Assembly (NCBI GenBank): GCA_035504395.1 | Contig: DATJRX010000028.1 | Location: 20,717 to 84,716, forward strand | DNA: 64,000 bases | Source of the DNA: Thermoplasmata archaeon | GTDB taxonomy: Archaea > Thermoplasmatota > Thermoplasmata > Lutacidiplasmatales > UBA184 | Direction: 5' to 3' | In this document: piece by piece, positions 1 through 9,280 of the stretch | Layout: each line of letters begins with the position of its first letter | Position numbering within the stretch: position 1 is the first letter of the stretch | Program-made: the position numbers and the translations under genes | The notes under the pieces: generated by a model | The model's database searches: none | What the model saw: the letters and a program-made list of their open reading frames with translations, nothing else | What the model was told of the DNA's origin: nothing

Positions 1-1
1 C

Positions 2-748
2 GTCCACCACTTCCTCCGGAAGGAGTACGACCTCGCCCAGCGGGCGTTCCTCGACGTCGTCCGGGAGCACCCGGCCGACGGGAGCGCGTGGTCGTACTAC
101 GGGATCTGCCTCGCCCACCTCGGGAATGCCCCCGAGGCGGAGGCGGCGCTCTCGCGCGCGGTCGGCCTCCAGCCCGGCAACCCGGAGACCTGGTTCCATC
201 TCGGCGTCGCCCGTTCGCTCCGCGAGGAGTGGGCCGATGCCGCCCTCGCCTACCGCCGCGCGGTCGCGCTCGCGCCGGCCGACCTCGTCGCCTGGCACCG
301 GCTCGGCGTCGCGCTCGCGGAGTCGGGCGACGAGACCGGGGCCGCGGCCGCGTTCGAACGGGCGCTGGTCCTCTCGCGCGAGGAGCCCGGCGTCGACGAC
401 GCCCCGCGCTCGATCGCGCGAGCCTCGGGCGACGACCACCTGGACGAGACCGGCCCCCGCGAGGGATCGCGCGAGGCGAAGAGCTGGCTCGAGCTCGCGC
501 TCTCCCTGCTCACGCTCGGGGAGGAGGAGGAGGCGATCGCCGCCTACGACCGCGCCTACACCCTCGACCCCGACCGGGCCGCCCGCTCGCTCTTCCGCCC
601 GATGCTGAAGCTCCTCAGCGCCGTCCAGGGCGTCGGCGGACCCGAGACCGGCGGGGCCGTCGCGCTCCCCGGCCGCCCCCAGGGCCCGGGCCTTCGGCGA
701 CCCGAGCCGGGCGCTCCGCCCGAGCTCGCGCCCCCCAGCGTCGGGTGA
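2..748 (+). CDS. TPR-repeat protein, 5' end lies outside the window
   Basis: Frame 2 is open from the window edge to TGA 746-748. It is absent from the ORF track because no start codon lies in the window. Translation reads ...SAWSYYGICLAHLGNAPEAEAALSRAVGLQPGNPETWFHLGVARSLREEWADAALAYRRAVALAPADLVAWHRLGVALAESGDETGAAAAFERAL..., a 34-residue TPR-like periodicity. Confidence 0.6.
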   Translation, partial: VHHFLRKEYDLAQRAFLDVVREHPADGSAWSYYGICLAHLGNAPEAEAALSRAVGLQPGNPETWFHLGVARSLREEWADAALAYRRAVALAPADLVAWHRLGVALAESGDETGAAAAFERALVLSREEPGVDDAPRSIARASGDDHLDETGPREGSREAKSWLELALSLLTLGEEEEAIAAYDRAYTLDPDRAARSLFRPMLKLLSAVQGVGGPETGGAVALPGRPQGPGLRRPEPGAPPELAPPSVG

Positions 749-755
749 GTCCCCG

Positions 756-1904
756 TCAGAGGGGCTTCGGCGCTTCGGTGACGATCACCGACTCGGCCCA
801 GTCCTTCGCCTTCTCGCGCGCGGCCGCGTGGCGCTCGTAGAACCCGTGGACCCGCTCGATCAGCTGGCCCTTGCAGTCCCCGCAGAGGAGCTCGCCGGAC
901 CGGCAGGTCCGGGTGATCTCGGCGAACTCGCGCTCCGACTCCGCGAACCGCGACCGCCAGAGCGCCCAGACCGAGCAGATCTCGGGGGTCGCCCCGAGGC
1001 GCCGCTGCTCCTCGACCGTCGCCCGGCCGCCGGTGAACGCCGAGCGCAGCTTCCGCTCGACGGTCGCCGGAGGGTCGTTCAAGAACAGCGCGTCGTCGGC
1101 CCGGTTGCCCGAGGTCGACATCGCCCCCTCGCCCAGGAGGCCGGGGACCATCTTCGAGTGCAGGAGCGCCGGCTTCGGGTAGCCCAGGCCCTCCGCGATG
1201 TCGCGGGTGAGCCGGAAGTGCGGGTCCTGGTCGATGCCGCACGGGATGAGGCACGGCACGCTCCGGCCCTCGGCCCACGACGGCCAGAAGCAGGGGACCG
1301 ACTGGAGCGCCGTGTAGAAGATCAGCCCGATGTTCGCGCTCGGGGCGAACCCGAACACCGCCTTCACGTTCGAGTACGAGATGCGGCGGGCGACCCGGAT
1401 CGCGAGCGGGTAGAGGGCGCCGATCGACCGGGAGTCGAAGAAGACGTGCGTCCGCTTCGGGTCGAAGCCGAGCGCGAGGATGTCGTAGAGGTTCTCGAGC
1501 CCCCAGTGCGCGGTCTCCTCGCGGGTGAGACCGGCGCGGGCCCAGAACTTCTCGTCGTCCGTGATCTGGATGTACATCGGGAGGCCGAGGCGCTTCTGCA
1601 GCCAGACGCAGAGGTCGAACGGGACCAGGTGCGACGTGTGGAGCGGCCCCGACGGGCCGCGGCCGGAGTAGAGGAAGAACGGCTGGCCGTGGGCGTAGCC
1701 GTCGAGAAGGGGCCCCAGGTCCCGGTGCGAGTAGTAGATGCCGCGCGTGAGCAGCGGCGGCAGGTCGCCACCCGCGAGATGGTGGAGGCGCGCGAGGAGC
1801 TCGGGCGTGAGCTCCTGCGTCCCGAACTGCTCGCGCAGGCGGTCGTAGTCGATCTTGCCCTTGACCTCGTACGGCGTGACGACGAACTCCTCGGGGTCGG
1901 GCAT
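756..1904 (-). CDS. trpS: Tryptophanyl-tRNA synthetase (archaeal/eukaryal type)
   Basis: 382-aa ORF with ATG verified at 1904. Class I signatures are HIGH-like PLHTSHLVP and KMSKS-like KMVPG...AMSTS. The YSGRGPSG...QITDDEKFW context is typical of TrpRS. Confidence 0.9.
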   Translation of the reverse strand: MPDPEEFVVTPYEVKGKIDYDRLREQFGTQELTPELLARLHHLAGGDLPPLLTRGIYYSHRDLGPLLDGYAHGQPFFLYSGRGPSGPLHTSHLVPFDLCVWLQKRLGLPMYIQITDDEKFWARAGLTREETAHWGLENLYDILALGFDPKRTHVFFDSRSIGALYPLAIRVARRISYSNVKAVFGFAPSANIGLIFYTALQSVPCFWPSWAEGRSVPCLIPCGIDQDPHFRLTRDIAEGLGYPKPALLHSKMVPGLLGEGAMSTSGNRADDALFLNDPPATVERKLRSAFTGGRATVEEQRRLGATPEICSVWALWRSRFAESEREFAEITRTCRSGELLCGDCKGQLIERVHGFYERHAAAREKAKDWAESVIVTEAPKPL

Positions 1905-1914
1905 GCGGCCGGGC

Positions 1915-2223
1915 TCAGCCTTCGGGGAACGTGATCTTCGCGAGGATCGACTCCCGCTCGCTGAGGGGGACGCCGGCGGCGCTCAGCGCCTCCGCCACGC
2001 AGGAACGGGAGTGCTCGTGATGGATGCTGTGCCCGCACGACGGGCAGGTTGCCCACCCTTCGATCAGCCGGCGCAGCCCCTCCCGCGAGGACGACGAGTC
2101 GCGGCGCGCGAACCGCTCGACCAGGATCGCACCGCCGGCCTGGTTCTCGAGGTTCGAGAGAGGGACCCGCACCGGCTGGTTGCAGACCGGGCACCGGGCG
2201 GGATTGCGGCAGGTGCACGTCAT
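1915..2223 (-). CDS. Small Cys-rich (zinc-ribbon-like) protein, immediately upstream of trpS
   Basis: 102-aa ORF with ATG at 2223. It carries CxC...CPVC near the N-terminus and CPSCGH later. Its stop lies 11 nt before the trpS start, so co-transcription is likely. No family recognised. Confidence 0.45.
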   Translation of the reverse strand: MTCTCRNPARCPVCNQPVRVPLSNLENQAGGAILVERFARRDSSSSREGLRRLIEGWATCPSCGHSIHHEHSRSCVAEALSAAGVPLSERESILAKITFPEG

Positions 2224-2297
2224 GCCAGGCAGGTACCGGACGCCCCGGGCTAAAAGGGCGCCGCCGCACGGCTGCCGGCCCCCCGTGGGATATCCTC

Positions 2298-2663
2298 ATG
2301 AGGGCCGGGCGCCCCTTTCGGCCCGTGTCCGACCCCACGGCCGAAGAGCGCGCCCGGGAGCTCCATCTCGAACTGGTCGAGATGCTGAAGCTGCTCAACC
2401 GCGTGGAAGAGGAGCACGAGGGGGTCGACGGACTCGAGCGCGAGGAGCTGGTCCACCTCCTGCCGAAGGCCGGGTTCCCCAACGCGACGCTCGAGGACGT
2501 CGAGCGGACCCTGGGCGTGCTGCTCGCCAACGGCTACGCGCGGGAGATCGGGACCCCCGAGTACGCCTGGGACCGGGCGCGGACGGTCGGATCTCGCTTC
2601 ACGATCACGACGGAAGGCAAGCAGCTGCTGCTCAAGGAGATCGAGCGGACCGGCCGGGTCTGA
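2298..2663 (+). CDS. Small winged-helix-like protein (paralog 1 of a tandem pair)
   Basis: Internal ATG at 2298 of track ORF 2049-2663; the upstream part is Arg/Gly shadow-like. The C-terminal ...LGVLLANGYAREIG...RFTITTEGKQLLLKEI resembles the recognition helix and wing of wHTH proteins. Paralogous to 2762-3112. Confidence 0.5.
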   Translation: MRAGRPFRPVSDPTAEERARELHLELVEMLKLLNRVEEEHEGVDGLEREELVHLLPKAGFPNATLEDVERTLGVLLANGYAREIGTPEYAWDRARTVGSRFTITTEGKQLLLKEIERTGRV

Positions 2664-2761
2664 GCCCAAGTCCCGGGCCCCGGGCTCGGCGTGGGCGGGC
2701 GTCGGTGGGGGGTCCGCGTCGGCTCTGATTTATGTAGAGGAAGCCCGCGTTATCGTCGAGC

Positions 2762-3112
2762 ATGCCGTCGCGCGAGGGCCCGGACCCGGTCCGGGCGACG
2801 CTCGTCGCGATCCTCCAGCAGCTCAACCGGGCGGAGTCCCAGAACGAGGGGAAGACCCGGGAGCAGGCGCTCGAGCTCTCCGATCTCGAGCGGATCCTCT
2901 CCGACTTCTGGGCGGTCAGCAAGGACTCGGTCAAGGTGCCGCTCGTGCTCGGGCTGCTCGTTCGGAACGGGATGGTCGAAGCCCAGACCGCCGGGAACTT
3001 CCCGGCCACCAAGGGAGGCTCCCGACCCGCGCCCCGGGCGCGCTACCACATCACCGCCGCGGGGAAGCAGTTCCTCGTGGACATCCAGCAGCAGAGCGAT
3101 CGGATCCCCTAG
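2762..3112 (+). CDS. Small winged-helix-like protein (paralog 2 of a tandem pair)
   Basis: 116-aa ORF. It aligns by eye with 2298-2663 (LQQLNRAESQNEG / LKLLNRVEEEHEG; LGLLVRNGMVE / LGVLLANGYARE; RYHITAAGKQFLVDI / RFTITTEGKQLLLKEI). A TATA-like tttatgta lies about 25-35 nt upstream. Confidence 0.5.
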   Translation: MPSREGPDPVRATLVAILQQLNRAESQNEGKTREQALELSDLERILSDFWAVSKDSVKVPLVLGLLVRNGMVEAQTAGNFPATKGGSRPAPRARYHITAAGKQFLVDIQQQSDRIP

Positions 3113-3203
3113 CCGCGGGCGGTCCGCGCCCCGGCCGTACCGCGGCCGAACGGGGGGCCGGGACCCGCCCGATCGCTGCCGTCCGGGCGGCCGTTCCCGC
3201 GCC

Positions 3204-3222
3204 CGATAGAATCGTTAAGTAG
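3204..3222 (+). promoter_or_regulatory. TATA-like promoter box upstream of rps15
   Basis: cgatagaatcgttaagtag is the only AT-rich patch in the GC-rich spacer. It sits about 25-40 nt upstream of ATG 3247, which suggests a leaderless or short-leader transcript. The cgTTAA core recurs at 25126 and 40815. Confidence 0.4.
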
Positions 3223-3246
3223 CCACCGTCAGTGGGCGGTCCCCCC

Positions 3247-3702
3247 ATGTCGAGGATCCACTCTGGGAATCGGGGCCGCGCCGGGTCGCACCGGCCGTAC
3301 CCGATGACGAAGCCCGAGTGGGTGACCGCGACGCCCGACGAGGTCGCGAAGCAGGCGGTGCAGCTCGCGAAGAGCGGCGCCGGTCCGGCGCTGGTCGGTC
3401 AGACCCTCCGCGACTCGTACGGGGTCCCGATGACGCGGCTCGTCTCGGGCAAGCGGCTCACCGTCGTCCTCCGCGAGAACGGGGTGACGAGCGACCTCCC
3501 CGACGACCTTCAGGCGCTCCTCAAGCGCGTCGTCCACCTCCAGCGGCACCTGCAAACCCACCCGAAGGACCTCTCGAACCGCCGGGGGCTCAGCCTGATG
3601 GAGTCGAGGATCCGACGCCTGGCGCGCTACTACCGCCGCCGTCACCGCCTTCCCGAGAACTGGCGGTACTCGGCGGCCGGCGCGGCGCTCCAGGTGGAGT
3701 GA
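3247..3702 (+). CDS. rps15: 30S ribosomal protein S15 (uS15)
   Basis: MSRIHSGNRGRAGSHRP...LQRHLQTHPKDLSNRRGLSLMESRIRRLARYYRR is the typical archaeal S15 / eukaryal S13 pattern. I preferred ATG 3247 over the track's GTG 3232 because of the TATA spacing. Confidence 0.9.
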   Translation: MSRIHSGNRGRAGSHRPYPMTKPEWVTATPDEVAKQAVQLAKSGAGPALVGQTLRDSYGVPMTRLVSGKRLTVVLRENGVTSDLPDDLQALLKRVVHLQRHLQTHPKDLSNRRGLSLMESRIRRLARYYRRRHRLPENWRYSAAGAALQVE

Positions 3703-5093
3703 TGCCCTCGGGCCCCGACGGATTCGTTTCCGACCCCCAGTACCGCTCCGAGTTCGAGCGGGCCCGCGCCGTCGTGCTCGGCCATCCGGGCCGCTGGCGG
3801 GTCATCTACCACTACGACGCGGACGGGATCGCGAGCGCCTCCTCGGCGCTGCGGGCGTTCGCGCGGCTCGGCTACCCGGCCCAGGCGACCGCGCTCGCGG
3901 GGGTCGAGCGCGAGCGCATGGCCGAGCTGTTGAACTCGGCCCCGGGCCCGACGCTGATCGTCGACACCGGGTTCAGCTGGATCGACCTCTATCCCGCGCA
4001 CCCGGCCCCGGTCGTCGTCCTCGACCACCACCAGTATCCCGGCGTGCCGCATCCGCCGGACCTCCCCGACCACGTCGCGCTCGTGAACCCGCTCGACTGG
4101 GGCGTGGACGGGATGTCGGAGATGTGCGCCGCGACCCTGACCTGGCTGTTCACGATCTTCCTCGACCCGAAGAACTGGGACAACGCGCCCTGGGGGCTCT
4201 CGGGGGCGATCGGCGACCGACAGCATGTGGGCGGGTTCCGCGGGCTGAACGGGCGGCTCGTCGAGGAGGCGATCCACCGTTCGCTCGTCGTCGAGCGAGC
4301 GGGACTCCCGCTGTTCGGCCCGACGCTCGGGGCCGCGCTCACCGGCAGCATCGACCCGTTCGTCCGACGCCTCTCCGGCCGCCCCGAGGAGGTCGGCCGC
4401 TTCCTCGACGGGCTCGGGCTCGCGGCGGCCCGACCTCCGTCGTCCCTGACGGCGGACGAGCATCGCCGCCTCGCCGAGGAGCTGCGGGCCCGCCTGCTCG
4501 CCGCGCACGCGGCGCCCGACGCCTTCAAGATCCTGGACCAGCCGCGCTGGTTCCTCCCCGGTCTCGGCCTGGACGCGGAGGAGGTGTCGAACCTCCAGAG
4601 CTCGGCCGGCCGGGCGAAGCGCCCGGGCGAGGGGGTCGCGTTCGCCCTCGGGGACCCCCGGGCGGCGGAGCGCCTCCGGTCGTCCGAGGAGCAGTGGCGG
4701 CAGGGCATCCTGAAGGGGCTCCTGCGCATCGAGAACGAGGGTGTAAATTCGATGAGCCACCTGCAGTGGTTCGAGAGCCCCGACTCCACGCTCGCGGGCA
4801 CGCAGGCCGGCATGGCGGTCCTCTACCTCCTCGATACGAATCGCCCCGTCTTCGTCTTCTCCGACGGCGACGCGGGACCGATCAAGGTCAGCTCGCGCGC
4901 CACGCGGGAACTGGTCGAGCGGGGCCTCGACCTCTCGGCCGCGTGCCGCGACGCCGCCCGCGAGGTCGGCGGGGAGGGCGGCGGCCACCGGATCGCGAGC
5001 GGCGCCACGATCCCGGCCGGGTCCCGTGATCGCTTCCTCGCCAGCGCGGACGCCCTCATCGCGCGCCAGCTCGTCGCCCCCGAGGCCGCATGA
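3702..5093 (+). CDS. RecJ/Cdc45-like DHH-DHHA1 phosphoesterase
   Basis: ATG 3702 shares one nucleotide with the S15 stop (TGATG). DHH motifs are present: [10 protein letters not shown] (DxD), [15 protein letters not shown] (DHH) and the DHHA1 motif [13 protein letters not shown] (GGGH). Confidence 0.8.
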   Translation: MPSGPDGFVSDPQYRSEFERARAVVLGHPGRWRVIYHYDADGIASASSALRAFARLGYPAQATALAGVERERMAELLNSAPGPTLIVDTGFSWIDLYPAHPAPVVVLDHHQYPGVPHPPDLPDHVALVNPLDWGVDGMSEMCAATLTWLFTIFLDPKNWDNAPWGLSGAIGDRQHVGGFRGLNGRLVEEAIHRSLVVERAGLPLFGPTLGAALTGSIDPFVRRLSGRPEEVGRFLDGLGLAAARPPSSLTADEHRRLAEELRARLLAAHAAPDAFKILDQPRWFLPGLGLDAEEVSNLQSSAGRAKRPGEGVAFALGDPRAAERLRSSEEQWRQGILKGLLRIENEGVNSMSHLQWFESPDSTLAGTQAGMAVLYLLDTNRPVFVFSDGDAGPIKVSSRATRELVERGLDLSAACRDAAREVGGEGGGHRIASGATIPAGSRDRFLASADALIARQLVAPEAA

Positions 5094-7741
5094 GCGAGAC
5101 CCCCGAGGCGGCGCCGCCGGCCCCGGTCGACCGCGTGCACGACCGCCCGCTCGAGCGGGAGATGCACACGTCGTACATCGACTACGCCATGAGCGTCATC
5201 GTCGGGCGCGCCCTGCCCGACGGACGGAACGGCCTGAAGCCGGTCCAGCGCCGGATCCTCTGGTCGATGTGGGAGAGCGGGGCGACCCACGAACGCGCCT
5301 ACCGCAAGAGCGCCCGCACCGTCGGAGAGGTGCTCGGGAAGTACCACCCGCACGGGGACCTCGCCGTGTACGACGCGCTGGTCCGGATGGCCCAGCCGTT
5401 CAGCCTGCGCTATCCGCTGATCGACGGGCAGGGGAACTTCGGCTCCATCGACGGCGACGCGCCCGCCGCGATGCGGTACACCGAGGCCCGGCTCTCCGCG
5501 TTCGCCGAGGAGCTCCTCACGGACATCGAGAAGGAGACCGTCGAGTGGACGGACAACTTCGACGCGACCCTGCGCGAGCCGCTCGACGTCCCGTCGAAGG
5601 CGCCGAATCTGCTCCTGAACGGGTCCGCGGGGATCGCGGTCGGCATGGCGACCAACATGCCGCCCCACAACCTGGGCGAGGTCGTCGACGCGCTCCTCCT
5701 CCTGCTCGGAAGCCCCGACGCGGGGGTCGACGAGATCATGAAGGTCCTGCCGGGGCCGGACTTTCCCACCGGCGGCTACCTCGCGACGGACGGGATCCGC
5801 GAGGCGTACGCGACCGGCCGCGGCACGCTCCACCTCCGCGGGACGACCGAGATCCGGGAGCGGGACGGGCGCGACGAGATCGTGATCACGGACATCCCCT
5901 ACGAGGTGAACAAGACCGCGCTCCTCGAGCTCATCGCCGACCTCGTCAAGTCGAAGCGGATCGACGGGGTCACCGACCTGCGCGACGAGTCGGACCGGCA
6001 CGGGACGAGCGTCGTCCTCGAGCTTCGGCGGGACGCGCCCGCCGAGATCGTCCTGAACCGGCTCTACGAGCACACGCCGCTCGAGACCAGCTTCGGCGTG
6101 ATCAACCTCTGCCTGGTCGAGGGCCGGCCCCGCATCCTCCCGCTCAAGGACCTGCTCCAACTCCACCTCGACCACCGGCGGGTGATCCTCACCCGGCGGA
6201 CGACGTTCGACCTGAGGAAGACCGAGGAGCGGCTCCACCTCCTCGAGGGATTCCTCACCGCGATCGACCACATCGACGAGGTGATCCGGATCATCCGGCG
6301 GTCGCGCGACCCGGCCGCGGCCGAGACCGGGCTCATGGGGAAGTTCCTGCTCTCGAGCGAGCAGGCGAAGGCGATCCTCGACATGCGGCTGGCGCGCCTG
6401 ACCGCGCTCGAGCGCGAGTCGGTCGAGCAGGAGAAGGCGGAGAAGGAGGCCCTCGCGAAGTCGCTCCGCGAGATCCTCGGGGACCCGAAGAAGCTCGACC
6501 AGCTCATCGTCGACGAGCTCACGGACCTGAAGGCCCGCCTCGGCGACCCGCGCCGCACGACGATCGTGCCGGCGTTCACCGAGCGGACGCTCGAGGACCT
6601 CATCCCGGACACGGACGTGGTCGTCCTCGTCACGCGCGGCGGCTACATCAAGCGCCTGCCGCTCGAGCAGTACCGCCGCCAGCGCCGCGGCGGCCGCGGC
6701 CTCTCCCGCATCGAGACGAAGGAGGAGGACTACGTCATCCGGACCTTCGCGACCCGCACGCACGACAATGTCCTGTTCCTGACCAACCTGGGCCGCGTCT
6801 ACCAGCTGATGGCCTACGAGCTCCCCGAGGGGAGCCGACAGTCGAAGGGGAAGGCGATAATCAACCTCCTGCCGCGGCTCAAGGAGGGGGAGCGCGTCCA
6901 GACGCTCCTCCCGATCCACGACCTCGCCGCCGCGGGGTCGCTGTTCTTCGCCACCCGGCGGGGGCTCGTGAAGCGGACCACGCTCGACCAGTTCCAGAAC
7001 ATCCGCGTGAGCGGCATCCAGGCGATCCTCCTCGAGGACGGCGACGAGCTCATCGGGGTCGCCCATCTGACCGACGAGGCGACCGAGATCCTGCTCGCGA
7101 CGCGGGCCGGCCAGCTGGTCCGGTTCCCCGTGTCGGAGGTCCGCGCGATGGGGCGCTCGACCTACGGGGTGATCGGGGTCCGGCTCTCGGACGGGAAGGA
7201 CGACCAGGTCGTCGCGATGGCGCCGGTGAGCCCCCGCTACCCGACGCTCCTCTCGCTCACTTCGACCGGCTTCGGCAAGCGCAGCCCGACCGAGTCGTAC
7301 CGCCAGACCCGCCGCGGGGCGAAGGGGGTCCGGACGATCAAGACCGGGGGGCGGAACGGCGCGGTGGTGACGGTCCTCCCGACGACCGACCTCTCGGAGC
7401 TCCTCGTGACGACCAAGAACGGCATCACGATCCGCATGGCCGTGAAGGGGATCCGCGCCCAGGGCCGCGACACCCTCGGCGTCCGGGTGATCCGGCTCGA
7501 TGACGGGGACGAGGTGAAGGACGCGCTGATCCTCGAGGAGCGCGAGGACGGGAACGGCGGGGAGGCTCCCGGCGCCCCGACCGAGGCCGAGATCCCGACC
7601 CCCGACGACCTGCCCGAGGGCCCGGCGCCCGGCGACGAACCCCCGGACGACCCGCCCGACGACGACGAGGACGACGGGGACGATGACGGCCCCGGCCTCG
7701 ACGAGGAGGGCGATGCCCCGCCCCGGGACGAAGCCGCGTAA
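5090..7741 (+). CDS. gyrA: DNA gyrase subunit A
   Basis: 883 aa. Motifs are [29 protein letters not shown], the active-site region [10 protein letters not shown], and C-terminal beta-pinwheel repeats. It ends in an acidic [14 protein letters not shown] tail. ATGA overlap with the upstream gene at 5090-5093. Confidence 0.95.
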   Translation: MSETPEAAPPAPVDRVHDRPLEREMHTSYIDYAMSVIVGRALPDGRNGLKPVQRRILWSMWESGATHERAYRKSARTVGEVLGKYHPHGDLAVYDALVRMAQPFSLRYPLIDGQGNFGSIDGDAPAAMRYTEARLSAFAEELLTDIEKETVEWTDNFDATLREPLDVPSKAPNLLLNGSAGIAVGMATNMPPHNLGEVVDALLLLLGSPDAGVDEIMKVLPGPDFPTGGYLATDGIREAYATGRGTLHLRGTTEIRERDGRDEIVITDIPYEVNKTALLELIADLVKSKRIDGVTDLRDESDRHGTSVVLELRRDAPAEIVLNRLYEHTPLETSFGVINLCLVEGRPRILPLKDLLQLHLDHRRVILTRRTTFDLRKTEERLHLLEGFLTAIDHIDEVIRIIRRSRDPAAAETGLMGKFLLSSEQAKAILDMRLARLTALERESVEQEKAEKEALAKSLREILGDPKKLDQLIVDELTDLKARLGDPRRTTIVPAFTERTLEDLIPDTDVVVLVTRGGYIKRLPLEQYRRQRRGGRGLSRIETKEEDYVIRTFATRTHDNVLFLTNLGRVYQLMAYELPEGSRQSKGKAIINLLPRLKEGERVQTLLPIHDLAAAGSLFFATRRGLVKRTTLDQFQNIRVSGIQAILLEDGDELIGVAHLTDEATEILLATRAGQLVRFPVSEVRAMGRSTYGVIGVRLSDGKDDQVVAMAPVSPRYPTLLSLTSTGFGKRSPTESYRQTRRGAKGVRTIKTGGRNGAVVTVLPTTDLSELLVTTKNGITIRMAVKGIRAQGRDTLGVRVIRLDDGDEVKDALILEEREDGNGGEAPGAPTEAEIPTPDDLPEGPAPGDEPPDDPPDDDEDDGDDDGPGLDEEGDAPPRDEAA

Positions 7742-7895
7742 GCGGATCCTCCGCTGCCCGAACTGCGGCTCCGTCCACGTGCAGATGGTCGCCGGTCAGA
7801 TCACGGGGCAGGTCTACCACTGCCTCGACTGCAACTACCAGGGTTCGCTGATCCTCGAGGTCGAGGTGGCGGACGACGGGACGGTCCTGCCGTAG
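7713..7895 (+). CDS. Small zinc-ribbon protein (CPNC...CLDC)
   Basis: Internal ATG 7713 of track ORF 7683-7895. The 60-aa product [20 protein letters not shown]...[10 protein letters not shown] has two CxxC knuckles. It overlaps the acidic tail codons of gyrA by 29 nt. Confidence 0.4.
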   Translation: MPRPGTKPRKRILRCPNCGSVHVQMVAGQITGQVYHCLDCNYQGSLILEVEVADDGTVLP

Positions 7896-7904
7896 GCGGG
7901 CCGG

Positions 7905-9197
7905 CTACTCGTCCGGGGCGTCGGACGCGAGCGCGGACGGGGTCGCCGGGGGCCGGACGGCCTGGCGCTCCACGGCCGCGACGACGGCGAGCGCCCGGAC
8001 CGTCGCCCCGACCTCGTGCGCCCGCACGAGCGCGGCGCCCCGCTCCGCGGCGATCACCGCGGCCGCGAGGCCGGCCTCGGCCCGGTCCCCTGCCGACCCG
8101 GTCGGGAGGAGGGCGCCGAGGAACGACTTGCGGGAGGCCCCTATGACGACCGGGTAGCCGAGGCTTCTCAGCTCGCCGGCGTGCGCGAGGAGCTCGAGGC
8201 TCTGCTCCCCGGACTTCCCGAACCCGAGCCCGGGGTCGACGAGCAGCCGCTCGGACGGGATCCCGTCCGCGACCGCGCGGTCCGTCGCATCGGCCAGGGC
8301 CCGGAACACCTCGCCCCGCAGGTCGGCGTACCCGAGGTCCGCCTGCATCGTCGCGGGCGTCCCGCGCATGTGCATCACCACCGCGGCCGCGCCCGTCCGC
8401 GCGACGGTCCGGCGCATCTCCTCCGACCGGAGCCCCTCCACGTCGTTCACCAGGTCCGCCCCCGCGTCGACCGCTTTCGCGGCGACCTCGGCGTGCCGGG
8501 TGTCGATCGAGATCGGGACCTCGAGCCGGCCCGCGAGCGCGCCGAGGACCGGACCGACGCGGGCCCACTCCGCCTCGGGGGTGACCGGGGTCGCGCCGGG
8601 GCGCGTCGACTCGCCGCCGACGTCGATCACGCTCGCACCCTCGGCGGCGAGCCGGAGGGCGTGGTCGATCGCCGCGACCGGCTCGAGGAACTTCCCGCCG
8701 TCGGAGAACGAGTCCGGGGTCACGTTCACGACCCCCATGACGCGCGGTCGGTCGCCGAGCAGAAGGGGACGGTGGGGACCGTGGATCGTCCGCGGACCGT
8801 GGGCGATGTACGCCCGCAGGGCCCGGTCGACCTCGTCGGCGAGCTCCGCGAGCCGGAACGGCTGCCGCCGGAGCTTGGGCAGGAGACGGCGGTACTGGCC
8901 CCAGGTCGCCAGGAGGAGGACCGGGCCGGACGCGATCGAGTGGTCCGCGATCCCGCGGGCGTGCGCGGCGTCGCCCCCGACCGACAGCACCTCCTGCTTC
9001 AGCAGGGGCGACGCCTTCAACGAGACGCCGTCCAGCCAGACCGGGAACACCCGGCCCTTGCGGGTCATGATCCCGACCCCCTCGGGGTCGCTCTCGGTCC
9101 GCTCGATCTCGCGCGCGATCTCGTCCAGCCGATCGAGCTCGAGGACGCGCGCCGCGAAGCGATGGGCCCGCGGCTCCGGTCCCGACCCCACGCTCAC
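7905..9197 (-). CDS. folP: Dihydropteroate synthase with a ~150-aa N-terminal extra domain
   Basis: The C-terminal ~280 aa carry the pterin-binding signatures MGVVNVTPDSFSDGG, DVGGESTRPG, ISIDT and DPGLGFGK. The track ORF (to 9902) is Arg-rich shadow upstream. I chose GTG 9197, but GTG 9230 is also in frame, so the start is uncertain. Confidence 0.8.
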   Translation of the reverse strand: MSVGSGPEPRAHRFAARVLELDRLDEIAREIERTESDPEGVGIMTRKGRVFPVWLDGVSLKASPLLKQEVLSVGGDAAHARGIADHSIASGPVLLLATWGQYRRLLPKLRRQPFRLAELADEVDRALRAYIAHGPRTIHGPHRPLLLGDRPRVMGVVNVTPDSFSDGGKFLEPVAAIDHALRLAAEGASVIDVGGESTRPGATPVTPEAEWARVGPVLGALAGRLEVPISIDTRHAEVAAKAVDAGADLVNDVEGLRSEEMRRTVARTGAAAVVMHMRGTPATMQADLGYADLRGEVFRALADATDRAVADGIPSERLLVDPGLGFGKSGEQSLELLAHAGELRSLGYPVVIGASRKSFLGALLPTGSAGDRAEAGLAAAVIAAERGAALVRAHEVGATVRALAVVAAVERQAVRPPATPSALASDAPDE

Positions 9198-9280
9198 GGC
9201 GCGGACAACCGGGCGCGGGTAATAGCGCACCGGCCGGCGGGAACCGTCTTGGCCCGGCGTCCCTCGCACCGGGCTGGACC

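Noticed and set aside
3232-3246. GTG 3232 as the rps15 start (track ORF start)
   Set aside because: The S15 homology begins at MSRIHSG (ATG 3247). The TATA-like box at 3204-3222 is too close to 3232 for a normal TATA-to-TSS distance.
4823-7066. 747-aa ORF on the minus strand
   Set aside because: It is exactly antisense to the strongly conserved gyrA. The translation is Arg/Glu/Asp/Pro/Leu low-complexity with no motif. This is a typical stop-free shadow frame in very GC-rich DNA.
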